From Leucoraja ocellata (Eukaryota): a DNA stretch of 64,000 nucleotides. Under the pieces are notes generated by a model. It ran no database searches and was not told the origin of the DNA. It saw only the letters and a program-made list of their open reading frames with translations. The stretch lies in NCBI GenBank assembly GCA_036785375.1, contig JAWMAR010000123.1, positions 3,472,001-3,536,000 on the forward strand, read 5' to 3'. Shown in pieces: positions 1 to 13,285 of this stretch (position 1 is the first letter of the stretch; every line of letters starts with the position of its first letter). The translations under genes were made by a program, and so were the position numbers.

Positions 1-292
1 ATAAATTAAATCACTCTGATGCAAATGTTTGAAAATCTGTTTTAAATTGGACAATCCCCTTTTTAGTGGCCTTCTACTATAATTCATCGAAAAGATTTTC
101 TTCAAATGAACGCTCTCTAAAAAAAAAACCTGCATCATTGCTAAGTGAAAAGGCTTCACGTTGTGGAAGAGAAAATTGGCTTTGGTTTATTTTAAAGTAA
201 AGCCCTTAAAGATCTGTTTAAATTAGCATTGCTTTCTCTAATATTTGTGTACTCATTGAAAACTTGCATGAGTATTCAACAGGTTGGTCACA

Positions 293-565
293 GGCTCACG
301 ATGGCGCCACGGTAGAGTTGCGGCCTTACCCAGAGACCCAGGTGCTGTTTGTATGGAGATGGTACGTTCTCCCCGTGGGTTTTCTTTGGGTGTTCCGGTT
401 TCCTCCCACACTCCAAGGACGTACAGATGTGTAGGTTAATTGGCTTCGGTAAAATTGTAAATTGTCCCCAATGTGTAGGATAGTGCTAGTGTACACAGAT
501 TGCTGGTCGGTGCAGACTTGGTGGGCCGAAGGACCTGTGTCTGTGCTGTATCTCTAAAACAATAA
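293..565 (+). mobile_element. tRNA-derived SINE, HE1/V-SINE-like
   Basis: ggtagagttg head, V-domain-like core (gttctccccgtgggttttc...ccggtttcctcccacactccaa), CR1-type tail gggccgaaggacctgt...ctctaaa; multiple copies in the window. Confidence 0.8.
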
Positions 566-1817
566 AAAACCTTTTAGGTTTGTTCATTCAGACAAAACAG
601 TTCAATTTATACAGATAAAGCACTTCAACATTATCAGAGTGATTGAGAACTAATGGCTGTATTTATGCTGTTGTGATTTGAATTGATTCTTGATGATGCT
701 TCAGAATCTAATTTAAGGTTTTTTTTCTTAATTGAGATTGATTTGTTTCTTTTTCAATATTGTTTTGGAGAAATTGCCATTTCCTAAAGAGGGCTGCTTT
801 TTGTTTTATTGAGACAAATAGGAATGTGAAATTGATTATGTTAAATGGTAAACTGTCTGGTTAGATGATTACACTCATGTAATTCACTATTGCCCTTTAA
901 TGAGTTAATATTACAGTGGATTAATTTAGTAAAGAAGCCAAATCAACTTCAAAAGCAAAAATGATTTGTTTAATTTAATCCCTCCAGGTTCTCAGTGGTA
1001 TATTTCCTTGGGCAATTTTCTCAAGTCATTTGTATGCTTGCACTTAATACATTAGGAAATCTGATTTAATCAACCATTTTTAACATTTAAGTAAAACCAG
1101 CTTTTAATTTTGTTTACTTTTTATGTAATTGCAAGCAGCCTGATGTAAAACGTACCATGTTTCTGAGCTACTATCCTCTGATCAATATATCGTCCCTAAA
1201 TAATAAAACCTCCAGCAAAATTGTTTAGAAGTATGAGGGTTGAAATACTTTATTGTTTGCCCTCACTAAATCAGCAAAGTTCTCCAATTTTAGGTAAGGA
1301 GCCTACAAATAACACCCCCCCCCCCCCCCCCGCCCCGCACTCCTTTTTCCACTCTCTTCCCTTGGTCAATTTTCCCTCCTCCCCATCCCCTTCGATCTAT
1401 ATTCCTTTCCATGGCTTGTCCCCCACTCGCATGTATCAATGGACAGAAATTCCAGCATCTTGAGTATTTTTTGTAAACAATGACATATTTCCATCTTCCA
1501 GTTTTTAATTCGGCTTTGCATTCATTCCTTCTATTTACCAGTTCAACAAAGCTTGAATGAAATATCTCAATTGTATTGGTGCATAAACTTTCTCACACTT
1601 TTCATAATTGCAATGATTACATCTTCAAAAGCAATTCAATCTTGACATGCTGGTTTAAAAGATTCTAATGCCAATGTTTGAATTGAGATTAGCTATGTTT
1701 AAAAGGGGGAAAATATATGTTAAATCAAAATGGTTTCTTGGTGTTGTCATTTAACTCTACGAATTTGAAGTGTCAGCATTATCTACAAACCTGTTTTCTG
1801 AAATCTCAATATTTCAG

Positions 1818-1904
1818 GTGTGTCCTTTGCAGCAAAAGGTTATTTTGAGACCCTCGTGAAAATGGGCGAACTAGCCAGTGATAGCCACGCTTCTAAGGAG
1901 ATGG
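1818..1904 (+). CDS. BAIAP2: BAIAP2/IRSp53 internal coding exon (equivalent of exon 3, IMD/I-BAR domain), 87 bp, phase 1/1
   Basis: tttcag|GTGTGTCC...GAGATGG|gtgagt; translates (G)VSFAAKGYFETLVKMGELASDSHASKEM(G), matching IRSp53 GVTYAAKGYFDALVKMGELASESQGSKELG. Not in the ORF track. Confidence 0.95.
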
Positions 1905-2479
1905 GTGAGTAATAATAGTAATAAATCACCAGGTTTTGATGATTGTGTAATTCAACAAAGACCAGATGCATCTGCAAATATTTTTAGTGTTTTTAATATC
2001 TGTACTTCATTTCAAAGTGACAATCTGAGCATGCCTAATCCTGTTGTAAGTTTTAAGCAAAAATTGACTTCTTGAATTTTTCATTTCTTAATCACATCTT
2101 ATAGCCGGTGTGGGAATGTGAAATATAAAAAGAAAATGCTGGACATACTAATGTAATAAGGGTAAAAATACCTTTTTGTTTGCCCTAAGCAATCAGTAAA
2201 GTTCTTCAATCTATCCTTAACCTAACCTCTCCTATCCCCCAAACATATGTGGGGAAGATTTTTCATCGGAGCGAGGAAGCACCAGAAAACGGGTACATTT
2301 TATGTTTCCAAGAAAGAAAGGGTGGATAGAGCATGAGGCTTTTCTGTGAGAACCTGGCACAGATTGGTGTCAGTAGAGAAAAAGTACTGGAAGCTTGCTA
2401 AACTGTCTGGAGGTGGTATAACTCAAGGAGAGAATAGAGAAAAGGAAAACTGAGAATTTTGTAGGAACTGTATTATGGA

Positions 2480-2700
2480 GAGCAGATTCCTGGAAATCTG
2501 AAATAAAAGGGGATGCTGGAAACTGCAGCAGGTCAGGCAGCATCTGGAGAGGAATTACGGAGTGGTTCATTATGTTGACCTGACCTGACTAACCTTGAGG
2601 TAACTGTTGTGGACTGAGCAAAGAGGTTCTGCAAAGTGTTCACCCAATTTTTAGTTCCTCTGTAGCTCTTCCAATGTAGAGGAGACAATGTTGTGGGGGA
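2480..2700 (-). mobile_element. Old Penelope-like fragment (degenerate GIY-YIG plus terminal repeat)
   Basis: Minus strand reads ...CLLYIGR...LGEHFAEPL, next to a gatgctgcctgacctgctg terminal motif. Confidence 0.55.
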
Positions 2701-3339
2701 AATTGCTTTGTGAGTGTTAAGTTGGATTTACCAGTGACAATCCTCAAAAACGAAAAAGGAAAGCCAATCCCAATTTGTGTTTACATAGGCATGATTCTAG
2801 ATGGTTCACCAAAGTACTATGGAATCAGTGGGCGCCATGATAATTTGCCCGACAGGAGTGGAGGAAAGTCCAATTATCTGCCTTTTCAGTTCTTTGTAAT
2901 CCCTGTATGGGATGCTATTTTATTGATGCAGTCCTTGTGGTAATATATTTTTAACTTGTGCCAAATGATTCCCATGTTGTAAATAATGGATTGCAGCACA
3001 CAGCAGTGTTTCTTTGCAGGATTTTTAATCTGGAGCACTCTCACAAGCCCGCAGGCAATATTTTTGTGTGTACGTGTTTACAGTCGCATATTTCAAACTT
3101 CCTGTCCCCCCTCCTTCCCATATTTAAAGTAATTGTAAGTTTTAGTGATTTAGAGATGGCTGTATGTTGATCCTGTTTCGGCTTTTGGGAGTTGCATAGA
3201 AGATATTGATACCAGTGAAATGCTTAAAATCAAATGGGGTCATTAGAGTCGTGCAGCAGAGAAACCGGCCTTCAGCCCACTGTATCCATCCCAACCTGAT
3301 ACAGTCAGTATTAATATTGGGAAGTATTGATTTTGATAA

Positions 3340-3540
3340 GAACCAAGTACTGGAATAACTCAGCAGGTCAGGCAACATCTCTGGAGGTCATAGATAGACA
3401 TCATTTCAGGTCGGGAACCTTTTCTAGACCTGAAATGTCACCTATCCATGTCCTCCAATGATGCTGCTTGGCCCACTGAGTTATTTCAGCACTTTGTGTT
3501 CTACATAAGATTCCATCATCTATAGTTTATTCTGTCTCCA
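3340..3540. repeat. Palindromic pair of PLE terminal repeats
   Basis: gtactggaataactcagcaggtcaggcaacatc ... gatgctgcttggcccactgagttatttcagcac; hinge at ~3410-3435. Confidence 0.7.
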
Positions 3541-6500
3541 AGATTTTGGGAAGGATGTGAAAGCCTTCAAGAGGATACAGAAAAGGATTTTACTGGAAGA
3601 TTTCAATGTTAGGTCTTTCAGCTACATGGTTAGACTAAAGAAGCTGAGATTGAACCCCGTAGGGTGAAGGTATGCAATTAGTGGAAATGTTCAAAATAAT
3701 AAAGGACTTGGACAAAGTAAATATTGGAAAACTGTTTTCAATGGAAGATTCATCAACCTGGTTAAAGGTGATTGATACAAGGTGATATGAAGACGAACCT
3801 TGTTATACAGCGAGTGGTTATGATCTGGAATATGCTGTCTGAAAGAGTGGTGAAAGTAGATTTGATTATGTCTTACACAAAGAACTTGGCTGAGTATGCA
3901 AAGGAAAAATATGCACGCAGATGTGGGCAACTGTGCCCTTACAAAATACTGGTGTGGTGTGGCTCAAAGGGCCAAAGAACTGCTGCCAGAGCGGTGCAGT
4001 TCTGAGATTCTTCAGGATTTGAGTACTGTTTCGTGTTACTACCAAGGATCAGGAAGGCGTGTAAGGAAGTCATTCAATATTGACGCCAAAAAAACACAAT
4101 AACAGGACGTTGACAAACATCTAAAACATGTAAAACCTCAAGCTATTTGAAGTCTAAATCAATAGAAAGTGGCTGGAGGTTTCTGTAATTCTTTCATAAT
4201 TTAGTTGCTTTCAATTTTAAACTGGACAAGCTTTCTTTAAACAGTTTGACTGAAAGTGATTAAATAAATTACAGCTAAAATGTTTCCTCCCAATTTCCAT
4301 TAATCCTTATTTATCAGCTTTATTCGTTTTGCTATAAGCTGCATTGATATGATTTGTAATCAAGTTAACCTGAACTGAGCAGGTGTTCATTATTCAGCTC
4401 TTAAGTTCACATTGACAGCAGGTACTCAGTGTTTCACTTAAACACAAAATATCCCCTGAAGTCACAATAGCTTCTGTAGCCACACTACTTATTCTTCAAA
4501 CACTTGAACTGTTGTGACTTGCAGAGCAGTTTACATCCAACAAAGCAACTGTGGTATGATGTGTTCTTCCAGAACAGAATATCCGAAAGGTTTAGAGTTT
4601 GAGTTTAGTTTATTGTCAGGTGTACCGAGGTACTTTGTTGCGTGCTAACCAGTTAGCGGAAAGACATGATTACAATCGGACCATCCACAGTGTACAAATA
4701 CATGATAAAGGGAATAACTTAAATAATGGGAGCACAGGTTTGAAGTGCGCATTTGAGATGATCATTTGTGTTCTCTTTATAATCATATTTTCACAATTTA
4801 GAGTTTATAGGAAACAACAGCTTATCATCTATTTTCGTGTTTGGCATTGTCGGAATGTTGCCCATGCCGACCTACATGCCCCATCTACACTAGTCCCATC
4901 TCCCTGTGTTTGGCCCATGTTCCTCTAAAACATGCACATGTCTAAATGTATCTTAAACGTTGTGATAATTCCACCATAGTGAAAGTGCTTTCAGTTAGCG
5001 AGGCCTTAATTGAGTCATCGCGTCATTCAGCATGGAAACTGGCTCTTGGGCCACTTGACCAGTCCGACCAAGTTGACCCATTTAACCTAATAAATTTCCC
5101 ACGTTTGGCTCCCATGTCTCGAAACCTTTCCTACCCTGTTCAAGTTGTAATCTATAGAACTCTTCCTCCAATGTTCTCTTCATTGCCACCTGTCTTCTGT
5201 CATTAACATGATTTCTCACTGCTCCCCGGGAGGACATTTGCCAACCTGTTGGGGAACCTCGTAGCATTGGATGCTTTTTGCAAGCTGTCTAATCATAGCT
5301 CGTTGGATGCGGGGGCTTTTTCTGTGTGGTTTCCTGCCAAGTGTTTGAACTTTGATTTAATATTTATGTTTACAATTGATGATCAATTCATTTTAGTGGT
5401 AAATCATTTTTTCCCTTCACTTTGAAATGTATAGGCACATTTTTGGATCCGATTATGTTTGTGCCCTTTTTGCTGGTAAATTGTATGTTTTGATATTTGT
5501 GTTGAGTCCATTGGGCTGTACCTATCCGATGATGGTTTATCCCAGCTGGAGTGTTCTTTCACTGCCAAATTTTGCCCATGTACTGTCATCAAAGCACATC
5601 TATCCAACAAGCTTGAAAAGGGTTTGTTTCCATGCTGTATAATTCTGACTGTGGATCTAAAGGTTTACTTGCAATCATCAGTGTGCAGTCATGGTATAAC
5701 TGGGAGGCTTTTATAAAGGAAATCAGCTACTATCTGAATTAAAGCATTTCTGGCTGTTGCATAGATTTTATCCCTGACTAACCCCTACGTTGATTTGCGA
5801 GTCATCCTATTTTGCAGATGGATAGCACTGATAAAGCCTACATCCTGCCTGCACCAGAGATCCTGCAAGCATTTGCCTGATTTGTGGTTATGGCCTGATT
5901 GTAGCAAGGCGCTAAATTCTGTTTCTCCTTGGCATATTGGCATCTTATTATCCTGCGCGATGCCATTGGTCCTCTTGCCTCTCCCATCCAAACCCGATTT
6001 TATTTTTTGTCTCTTGTGCCTTTCCATGGCAGTCTGTATGGCTGGCAACGGAGAATGCTTCAACAATGCTAACCTGCTTTCCTTTTGGGCCATTTGTGAA
6101 TAAATGCCAGCTATGGATTCTGGCAATAGCTGCTGCTGTTGAATGCACGTTGGCTTTTAGCAATTATGAATGGGAGACAACAATAAAAGAGGATTCTTAA
6201 AGCAAGAACGTTCCAGCTTGGCTCTCTTTACAACAGATTTAGCTTTGGGTGTGAAAAGTATCATATCCACTTAAAACAATGCCATTTTCAAGCTATTAAA
6301 TCCAAAGGATTTTAAAGTAAGCTTGTTTTGTGATGTAATTACATTTCAAATCAGTTTGAAATAACTGTAATATGCTTTAGCAATTGGGTTTAATTTTATT
6401 ATTGTCACGTATACAGTGAAAAGCTTTTTTTGCATTCTATCCAATCATATTAGATAATACTTTTATACATAGATATAAACCTTGAGTACAATAGGTAGTG

Positions 6501-9500
6501 CAAGGTACAATAGGTAGTGTAATATTTTTGGTAAATATTAATGGTGAGGCAAAAATGCCTTCAGAAATGAACTGTTTTGAAATGCCAGGCTTCAATTGAT
6601 GTCTTGATCATAACGTCTTGTCGATGTCATAGTTCTGAAACTGGATTCTCACATACTCTTTCCCTCTCCAACCCTCCGCCAACCCATTTTGGTTGGATAC
6701 CAATAATATCCGGCACTTAATTCCAACCAAGCACTGCTCCTGGTTTTACTTTTGCTAATTTGGGAGCAATCACAGCAGCCTTTACTCTGCCTTGGCAGAG
6801 GTCTGCTAATATAACTTTGGCAATAGATTCACAATTGTTTGTGTATGGCGTCATCTTATACTGCTGCAAACAAAGAGCCTAAAACTTAAGTGGAATCGAA
6901 GTCTTACTCTTTCCAAATACTTTATAACACAGTTACTCTTAACTTCTGATGCAATTTTATTTACAGAAATCTTTTGGTTAATGCCTTCCCACAGGAATTA
7001 GCTCCAACATTCTTCTGTACACAAATGTGGCCTGATGTTCCCTTGGGTGCATGGCAGCATTGGTGTATGTACAGCCCATATGCTTGTGGCCCGATTTCTG
7101 GTGCTGATGATGTTGATGGTGTGGATGAATGCGCTTATTTTTGATCCCAGTGTTCACGGTGAACCCAATTTAGAATGAGTGCAAGAGCTGATGCCATGGG
7201 AACACGCTTTCTGACAGCTTCAAGGAAAGTCAGGGCAGCCCTGTTTGAATTGAATGTCTACAGCACCACTGAATACTGAGGACGTGTAAATCATTTACTC
7301 TAGGCTGCATTATTACATTTTCAGAGCGGACTGATAGAAACTGAAAGTCCCATGTGTTTTTTATAAACAATAGCTGGTTCATAGATGCTCAATAAATCAG
7401 TGAATTTTAATGCCACTGGAGCATGTTGCAAAGACTGAGACTGATCAAAGAGCCTACAATATCAGAGCCTTGGGGGTTCGGCTAAATGCAATGACATTTA
7501 TTTTTCTGCTCAGCAAATAGCTGAATCGGTAGCCAGATTGACAGCAGGGTGCTCTGAACACTTGGCAGGGTAATCTGGAATAGGAAAAAAGTTAGTGTTT
7601 AAATTTTAGATTTGTGCATGTATCTTCCACAGTCTGATTCTCAATCCCCCCCCCCCCCTAGTTAAATACATGGAAGCCTGATTTTAAGCAGTTTGTCACT
7701 TGGCTCAATCACAAAGACACCTCGACCTGTTGCTGTGGCATCAGTTATGTGATCAGCTAGGATAATATTTACAATAAACTTCACTTTTTTGCCTTGGCCA
7801 TTCTGAACCTCTGTTGAGTAACAGGGTATTAATATCAAGGGCAGTGTTTCTCTTTCTCTTCCCCCCCCCCCCCCATACTAAAATATATTTAATTTTCGTG
7901 TCACATGCAGTTATCAAAAATAAAGTTCTGAGTAAATGGATCATAAAATAAATACAGGGTGTGCATGTTACCAGCAAAACTGCTATTGATTAGCTATCCT
8001 TAATCGGTTTAGGTTTATTATTATTGCTTGTATCGAGGTACAGTGAAAAGCTTTGCATGCTATCCAAACAGATCAGATATACCATTCGTAAATAGGCAAA
8101 CCCAATTCAAGTACAATAGATAAAGTAAACATGAACATAGAGTGCAGAATAGTCCTCAGCATTGTTGCGCATTAGTTCCATAGACAAAGTCCAATGCCCT
8201 CAATAGGGTAGAGGTGAATCGGACAATACCCCAGCTTATGGAGCGACTGTTCAGAAGCCTGCGAACCGGGCAATTCTTGAGAAGGCAACGGGTTACTGCT
8301 TCTGAAATGTTGAAGGCTAAAATGCGGGTACTTGGTGTCAGGTAGGAAGCCTCTAGTTGGACTAGTGAGAGTGGCGTACTGGCAAAACATTTCCAAGTGA
8401 GAATATAGACTTGAATGAGGGCTTGTAAATGGCATCTGCTGCCCTTGACCTTCTCGGTAGCTGAGACTGTTGGTTTGGGTGGTGCTAAAGCAGATCTTGG
8501 CAAGATTTTGCATGCATGTCTTTTGTTTCATTGTCTTTATTAATATATTGTTTGGGGAAAAATAATGTTTTTTGTCTGCTAGAGTTCAAATTGTTTGAAA
8601 TTAATTTGGTTGGTATACATACATTCCACATACGTTTCCATGCTTTGAATGAAAGGATACTTGTCCAGCAGAGAATAACTAGTGCAGATTAAATTTCAGT
8701 AAGTAGTAATTCAGTATTGAATCTTTTCAGAAATCTTGTTTCATATTGTTTACACTACCCTCTTGAAACCTCTGTGGATGAAAACATGAAGTATTTAGCA
8801 ATAAGTGCCCCAGCAGTCCAAGTTAATGTATCGTTTTCTTTTCTGCATTCTGGGTGATTAAAAGAAATCAATTTAAACTGCTTCCTTCCTCGAGGGATAA
8901 TTCTCTTTATTACATTTTTGTTATTCTATTACCTATATTTAATCAGTATGCCATTATTTTTCAAAGCATTGCTTGAGTAATATTACAGTGCAACCTGTAC
9001 AGTGCAACCTGTTCCATGATAATCTTACACAAGAGATCACTTCATTTTGAAAGTTATTTTGCTATTGTATTTTGCCGCCACTCCTTGGTGATGGTGTTAA
9101 ATTCATATGTTGATTTTCGTCACCATTCCCATGGTATTGCATCATAACTGAAGATTGCAAGTAAATGTGTACATTGTCCACCAGTTTCCTTTATTGAGGG
9201 CATCAAGTTTATGATAGATAAGGGGGTATAGTGCATTGATAAATATAGGATTGTTATTGTCCAACTGGGATATTGAATGCTGTCATGCCCATACTTTAGC
9301 AGTGATTCATCATGGTGACGTGAAGGTTAAGAGCAACACAGCCAGTGCTTTGTAGTCATTTACATTGGTTTTCCGCTATATAATGGATGATAGAATTATT
9401 GCCCTGAAGTACATTTGAAGACCAGCTTTTATATCCATATCTGTTGGTGAATTGTAATTACTTGTGTCAACATGAAAGTTGTTAAAGTATTACCTCTGGG

Positions 9501-9514
9501 AAATTAGTATTAAT

Positions 9515-9842
9515 CGAGTCATAGAGTGATACAGCGTGGAAACAGGCCCTTCGGCGCAACTTGCCTACACCAGCCAACATGTCCCACCTGCCTGCATTTG
9601 GTCCATAACCCTCCAAACCTGCCCTAATCGTGTTCCTGTCTAACTGTTTCTTAAAGGTTGGGGTAGTCCCAGCCTCAACTACCTGCTCTGGTAGCTTGTT
9701 CCATACACCCACCATCCTTTATGTGAAAAATCTACCCCTCGGATTCCCATTAAATCTTTCCCCCTTCACCTTTAACCTATGTCCCCTCGATTCACCTACT
9801 CTGGGCAAGAGACTATGCATCTACCCGATCCATTCCTCTCGT
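9515..9842 (-). mobile_element. CR1-like LINE 3' end
   Basis: ORF 9482..9715: VGVWNKLPEQVVEAGTTPTFKKQLDR..GYGPNAG. Confidence 0.85.
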
Positions 9843-12038
9843 GCAGTAAACTTCATTTTGCTTTTGTGCATTGTAGATATTAGCTAATGTATCATAGTTT
9901 AGTAAAAAGTTAGAGATAATTAAGATATGACTTTTTATGTGCATTTATGTTTTAGTTTTCAATTATTATTAAGATTGAACAGTGCTAACACTTGTTAATT
10001 TGTATTTTGCTTCAAAGTAGTACAGTCTGGTAAACCAGCTATCCCACTTCTGTTATTACAACAGTAACTACTCTCAAGGAAACGTCCCTTGGGATGGGCT
10101 CTGATTGTGAAAGGAGCTATGTAAATGTATTTGGCTTTAATTAGCCTTCAACTAATCTTTTGCTCTGATGCTTTTGGTCATCTGATGACGCAGCTAAGAT
10201 TGAGGAATTATCTTCGTAATGATGGGTTAACTTGTCTGATAGAGTTGAAGGCTTTCCTGGGGTTAAAAAGTCATGTTCTGTGATTGATTTTGCTCCCTAT
10301 ATTATTCTCAAGCTTGGCTGTGGTCACAAATTAGTTTATTGCATGATAGTGCAAACCATGATGCAAACCAGAGACCCAACTCTATTACATATTGAGGTCA
10401 AGCGATGTTGCCTCGTCATTCAACCTTCCTTGAAGAATTGTTGCATCCTATCTTCACATTATCTTGTTGGAGTGCAGTGCAGGTAGAGACGTGATTCCCA
10501 AGATTATGTATCATTGATTTACCTATTTGAGGAATTACACCAACAATTCTTGCGGTTATTAATTTTTAAATATCACAGTAGGCAAAAGGGAGAGGCTTCC
10601 ACCTTTTTTTTTTTAAAAAACTACTCTGCTTCTGACCTCTCTCGTTAAAATGTTTCATCAATCCTATCTGTTTGATGGCCAATTGCTTTTCCTGATTATC
10701 ACTTCTGTGAAACACTAGCTATTTTTCTACTCTGAACACTGTGAATATAAAGTGTGTCGTTTTTATTCAGTTGGCTACATTTCAACAGGATAATTTCACT
10801 CCTTGCTGAAACAATTCACCATTCATGGACTCTATTTCCTGGAACGATGTTGCAAGACCACAGCACAAACATTTTAAGTTTCTTGAGATCATGCCTACTT
10901 TTAAAATACCTAGAGTCATACCTGTCCAAATGTATTTTAAATGGTGTGATAGTACCTGCCTTAACTACCACCTCCAGCAGCTTGTTCCATATATCCGCCA
11001 TCCTTTGTGTAGAAAAAGTTGACCCTCAGGTTCCTATTAAATCTTTCCCCTCTCACCTTAAACCTTGTTTTAATATACAATTTTTAATTTTAAAGGAAAT
11101 CTATTAAATTTCCTTAAATCTAAGTTTGGAAAAAACACCTTTTACTTGGTGTTTAAATATTTAGCTTCCCCCCCCCCCCCCCCCCCCCCCCGTCTGCTTT
11201 TGACTGGGAGTAGTGGTGTTGGAAATATACTAGTGATCATTTTCATACCCAGATCCTTGGAAAAAGAAGTACTGTTTTAAGTGGGTATATGATCAAATCA
11301 AAGTGCAATATACTAGAAATACGCAGACCAGCTAGTATGCATGGAAAGCAAAACTAAATTGGCATTACAAGTTAATGAAAATTCAATGGTGTGAAACATT
11401 AATTCCCTCTCCACAGGTACTGCCTGACCTGAGTATTTCCTGCATTTTTGCTTTAATTTGGATTTCTTGTCGTTTGTTTTAATACAATATTATTTATATT
11501 TAAAATATTCAGGGTGGCAGAAAAAAGTTTTTTCTAGGCTGCCTTGAAGAATTAGTTTTAATTTTCAACTTTTGAAAGCTGTTTAAATTGTATTGTACCT
11601 TTCTCAGAGCTGTTTGAGCAAGACGTGATTCATAGCTGCTGCTAACAATTTTTGCATTCTGTATTTGGATAGTGACCGGTAAAACATATATAATGATTAG
11701 ATCAATGGTTAGTAAAGGAATGCTCTTTATTTTGTTTGATGAATACATATTTGTCCAAGGTGGCTGCTTCCTGATAGGAAACATTGCAGTCCTGAAACCT
11801 GAAGCACAATGGAAGAAGCTAATTTTTGTAAGGAATTTGTGTGACACCCTATCCTCGGCAGGAATAAATGACTATTGTTTAATTTTGCTACTGCATAGGA
11901 AGCTCAAATAAGACTAGGGCTGACCTAATTTTTGACCTTCCCAGGAAGAGTGTCTTGCATTATTTACTTTCAACCATTGTATCAAAATATTTAATAATAA
12001 TTACTTTAAATGTATTTGACTTCCAACTGAAAGTTGTT

Positions 12039-12120
12039 GGTCGTAGGGTTCGTATGCTTTCATAATGCCAGGTCATAATGGTGGTAGGGTTTGTAGGCTT
12101 TCATAATGTCAGGTCAGACA
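12039..12120 (+). repeat. Tandem duplication, 2 x 41 bp
   Basis: ggtcgtagggttcgtatgctttcataatgccaggtcataat / ggtggtagggtttgtaggctttcataatgtcaggtcagaca. Confidence 0.85.
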
Positions 12121-13029
12121 TTGTTATCTGATACTTGGCATATGCTAGAAACATTTTCTGTTATGTTCAATTTCTACGTAAAGCTGTCCTGCAATAGTTA
12201 GGCAGATAGTGACATGAAATAGGCAATTTATTTCTGCTGTGAAATGTAATCAAAATAATTAATACTGACTTTGCTAACTGGCTAAATCAAAATTTCCAAT
12301 TCTGTTTGTTATTCATGTGCTACTTCCCACCTCTGCAGTCCCAATGGGTTGGCGTTTGGATAACAGACCAATGTTTAATATTCTTTGTAAATTAATAATA
12401 TTCATATTTAAGGTTGTCAAAATAATTGGTAGACTTCGCAGGTGTTATTGAATATTTAATGGATGTCAAGTTGAAATATTGCTAAATAGATTAATGATGC
12501 AATAATCTGGTTTTAAAGATGGTGAGCCTTTTACCAAGAGTGAAAAATATCTGAAACTTCATCCTCTTTCTTTCTAACCATTCCCCCTTCCTGTAACTCC
12601 AAATGTATGCACTTCAGTTTGAGAGGCTAAATAGGAACAAGCCCTTTTGTACTTCAGACACATATCTGCCCCCAGCTATCGCTTAAGAATTTTTTTTTAA
12701 TCTTTTATAAATCAACTTTTCTTGTGAGCTTTCACTAAGTCCTCCAACTTCTTTTGTACTCTGTCCCAACCTTGCTGCCAGGTTTCACAGCAAGTACAAG
12801 CTATGTATTTGTTCTCTAAAAGAATACTAAAGCGCACTATCTAGTTTAAAAAAAGTAAAGCCTTGTTAGTGTGCCGCATATGCAATCAGTGCCAGGAAGT
12901 AGAACATTCCACGGGATCTCCTTCAGCTGATATCATTGGAGCACATCTGCTTTTCTTGTCACATAGTTCACGGTGTGTCAGCAGAGCTCTTTTATATGGA
13001 AACACTTCAAATGCCTTTTTTTTAAGTCA

Positions 13030-13285
13030 TTAGTTTAGTTGAGTTACAGCGTGGAAACAGGCCCGCAGTGTCCGCGCCGACCAGCGTGATCACTGCACTA
13101 ACACTACCCGACCCACACTAGGGACAATTTTACATTTATACCAAGCCAATTTGGAGTGTGGGACAAAACCGAAGATCTCTGAGAAAACCCACGCAGTCAC
13201 GGGGAGAACACACAAACTCCGTACAGACAAACATCCGTAGTCAGGATCGAACCTGGGTCTCTGGCGCTGCATCACTGTGCCGCCC
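13030..13285 (-). mobile_element. HE1/V-SINE-like SINE
   Basis: Reverse complement of the same consensus, including B-box-like ggttcgatcc. Confidence 0.8.

Noticed and set aside
5785-6200. Four overlapping ORFs suggesting a nested gene
   Set aside because: No recognisable homology and no consistent splice frame; more likely non-coding.
11167-11191. Poly-C runs (also ~1315, 7646, 7861, 49007) as G-quadruplex signals
   Set aside because: Simple homopolymers of uncertain length with no supporting context.
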